Assembly: GCF_036321535.1 (NCBI RefSeq)
Contig: NC_087437.1
Location: 18,106,001-18,170,000 of the forward strand
Direction: 5' to 3'
DNA from: Camelus dromedarius
Lineage: Eukaryota
DNA: 64,000 nt
Shown: piece after piece, positions 61,923 to 64,000 of the stretch
Numbering within the stretch: position 1 is the first letter of the stretch
Layout: each line of letters opens with the position of its first letter
Translations under genes and position numbers: made by a program
The notes under the pieces: model-generated
What the model was told of the DNA's origin: nothing
The model's input: the letters and a program-made list of their open reading frames with translations, nothing else
The model's database searches: none

Positions 61923-64000
61923 TGATGACAATGATTTTTCACTACCTGCACTTCCACCCACCTCAGTCCCCGCCCCTCCAAACCAGATCACCCTAAGTCC
62001 TCAAGATCTCCCATCTCTGCCCCTCTATATCTCTTCCCCAAACTAGCACCTCCCTTCAGTATCACCAAAATTCCTGCCCTCATCTTCTGCTCAAGGATCA
62101 TTTTCCTGGAGTCTATATCCTAGCATTGCTCCCCCACAACAAATCTTGGCAGTGAGCATCTCACTGGCTGTAGGACAGCTCCCAGTCCTCTAGCTGCAGG
62201 TTTCTGCACCCATACTGCTACATGGACCATGTATGTCCATGATGATGGTTTTCCCATCTAAAAAGAATTGAGGGAAGAAATGAAGACCGTGTGGAACCTA
62301 CATAGCCTAGCTGTCCATGACTGTCCTTTATTCTGAGATTGTGGTTTTCCATAATTTTTATATCAAAATATTTTTCTCTTCTAAATGATGGTGATTCTAA
62401 TAATTAGTTTTTGTCCTTACTGGGCAAAATAAAAATTTAGTGGTCTTCTTTGGGGCCTGGAACCTTTTATATGAAAATTTACTCATTCACATAATCCTAA
62501 AGTCTGGAGATCACCAAATCATTAACAAATACAAAATGTGTTTTGTTTTATTTGTTTTTAAGGTGGAGAGAGGAGGAGTTGATTCATGGGGTAAAATACA
62601 AAGAGTCCAGAAGAGGTTACAAACTAAGCTTTGCCATTCAACCATCACGCCTTAGCATATCTCTTTCTTAATAGCGGATTTTAGAGCTGGGAGTGAGTGT
62701 GAGGAGCCTGGGGCACTAAGCATCAGTGAGGAAGAGGGACAGGTGAGATGGGACATCTGTGATGTCATCACACCTGTGCAAGGGCTAATTCTGCCCTAGA
62801 ACTTTGGCCCTAAAAGAACTACCTATAATTCAGGGGACACCTTGATATTGGCATGTGCTGGCAACAGGAAAAACATGGATTTTGTGGATAGCATCCATAT
62901 TCCTGCCACATTTTGCTTTATCACCAAAGGGAGCAAGATTTGGATTTCCCACCCAAAACCTTGCTTGGCAAACAAATAGGGACCTGAAATGATGCATACT
63001 GTCCAAATTCTTTTCTGAATATGCTGGGCACTTTTTAAAATTAAAAATCCATATATTATTAGTCATTCCAACTGGGACTCAAAAACATAGCCAGGTCTAG
63101 AAAGCTGATGAATGCTGGGCAGTATTTTGATTAGTCGCGTTTACTGGCTTTCAAATTGAATTTTGAGACTCAAATGAGATGTATATTTGAGCCATTTATA
63201 CCTCCTGTCCACAGTCAAGGGAATATTATCTTGTTACTCCCACAAGCCAAACCAAATGGAAATGAGTCACTGCATGGCTGAGTCCTGTCCTTGGACACCC
63301 ACACGAGGCTGAAACTCCGGGTTCAATCGTCATTTTTCTTAATCATATCTGATTCAGCAGCGTAAGCATATGACAAGGACATGCTGAGTTTCTCCTGAAG
63401 AATCTGGGATGGACTTATCACCAGGAAAGAGCAGGCTGGCTCTCCCGCTTCTGAATTTGTTTTTTCAGAGCCCACACTCAGGGCCGAAGATCTCTGGACA
63501 TAGTGGTATTCAGCCTGTTATTTTTCAAAAATATTTCTATACTGTGGATAAGAAATATTCCTTATTCCTCTGGAGGACAGAGACCCAGTTTTGGTGCAAT
63601 GATATAAATAAAGTCCCACAACGCTAGAGTTAGGACATGAACTTCTTTGTATGTTAGTGTACATGCTGAGATCGTTTTACCTCTGAGTCCCAGATTTGGT
63701 GAAAAAAAAAGTTTCTACAAGTTTTTAAAGAATCCCTTACCACTGACCAACTAGAGAGAAGATGAGATACCAGGCCTGTGTTCTTGGCCACAGGGCTGAG
63801 GTGTACACCTGGCAGCCAGAGGGCCAGAGCCCCAGGGAGCCAGCCTCGCAGTCACTGCAGGACATTTTGAGTCAGAATTCTCTCTTCCCAATTCAGGCTT
63901 CACAACTGCCCCATTACTGAGGGTTTGAACGTGTATTCTGACTTCATTCCTCCCCTGACTGAGCACATCACCAGGATGTGGTCCCTGCTCCTCCTGCTTG

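Noticed and set aside
1..64000. CRISPR array, operon or other prokaryote-style system
   Set aside because: The sequence is clearly mammalian (L1/L2/MIR/MaLR); there are no regularly spaced repeat-spacer units or gene-dense ORFs.

Overview
Mammalian, repeat-rich, apparently non-coding DNA (intergenic or a large intron). It is most likely a camelid genome, judging from two tRNA-Ala(AGC)-derived SINEs of the type I recognise as camelid-specific and from cetartiodactyl-type L1 3' ends. I could not recognise any protein-coding exon, tRNA, rRNA or miRNA gene. The listed ORFs look like chance ORFs or decayed L1 ORF2 remnants. Much of the window is interspersed repeat: L1 of several ages, L2, MIR, MaLR/ERVL/ERV1 solo LTRs and hAT-Charlie MITEs. 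Between the repeats are unique blocks that look like enhancer or promoter elements. The most unusual structure is a TSD-flanked, 5'-inverted L1 at 24360-25216. Inside its 3' UTR it carries a 126-bp inverted copy of the genomic DNA lying just beyond its own target site. A separate 114-bp direct duplication lies nearby (21226-21339 vs 23589-23702). Other candidates are a small CpG-dense RFX/SOX motif cluster (~29.75-29.96 kb), a strong CTCF motif (39534-39551) and a few exon-like splice signals. I found no evidence for a new gene system. Repeat subfamily names are from memory of consensus sequences, not from a search, and boundaries of old repeats are approximate.
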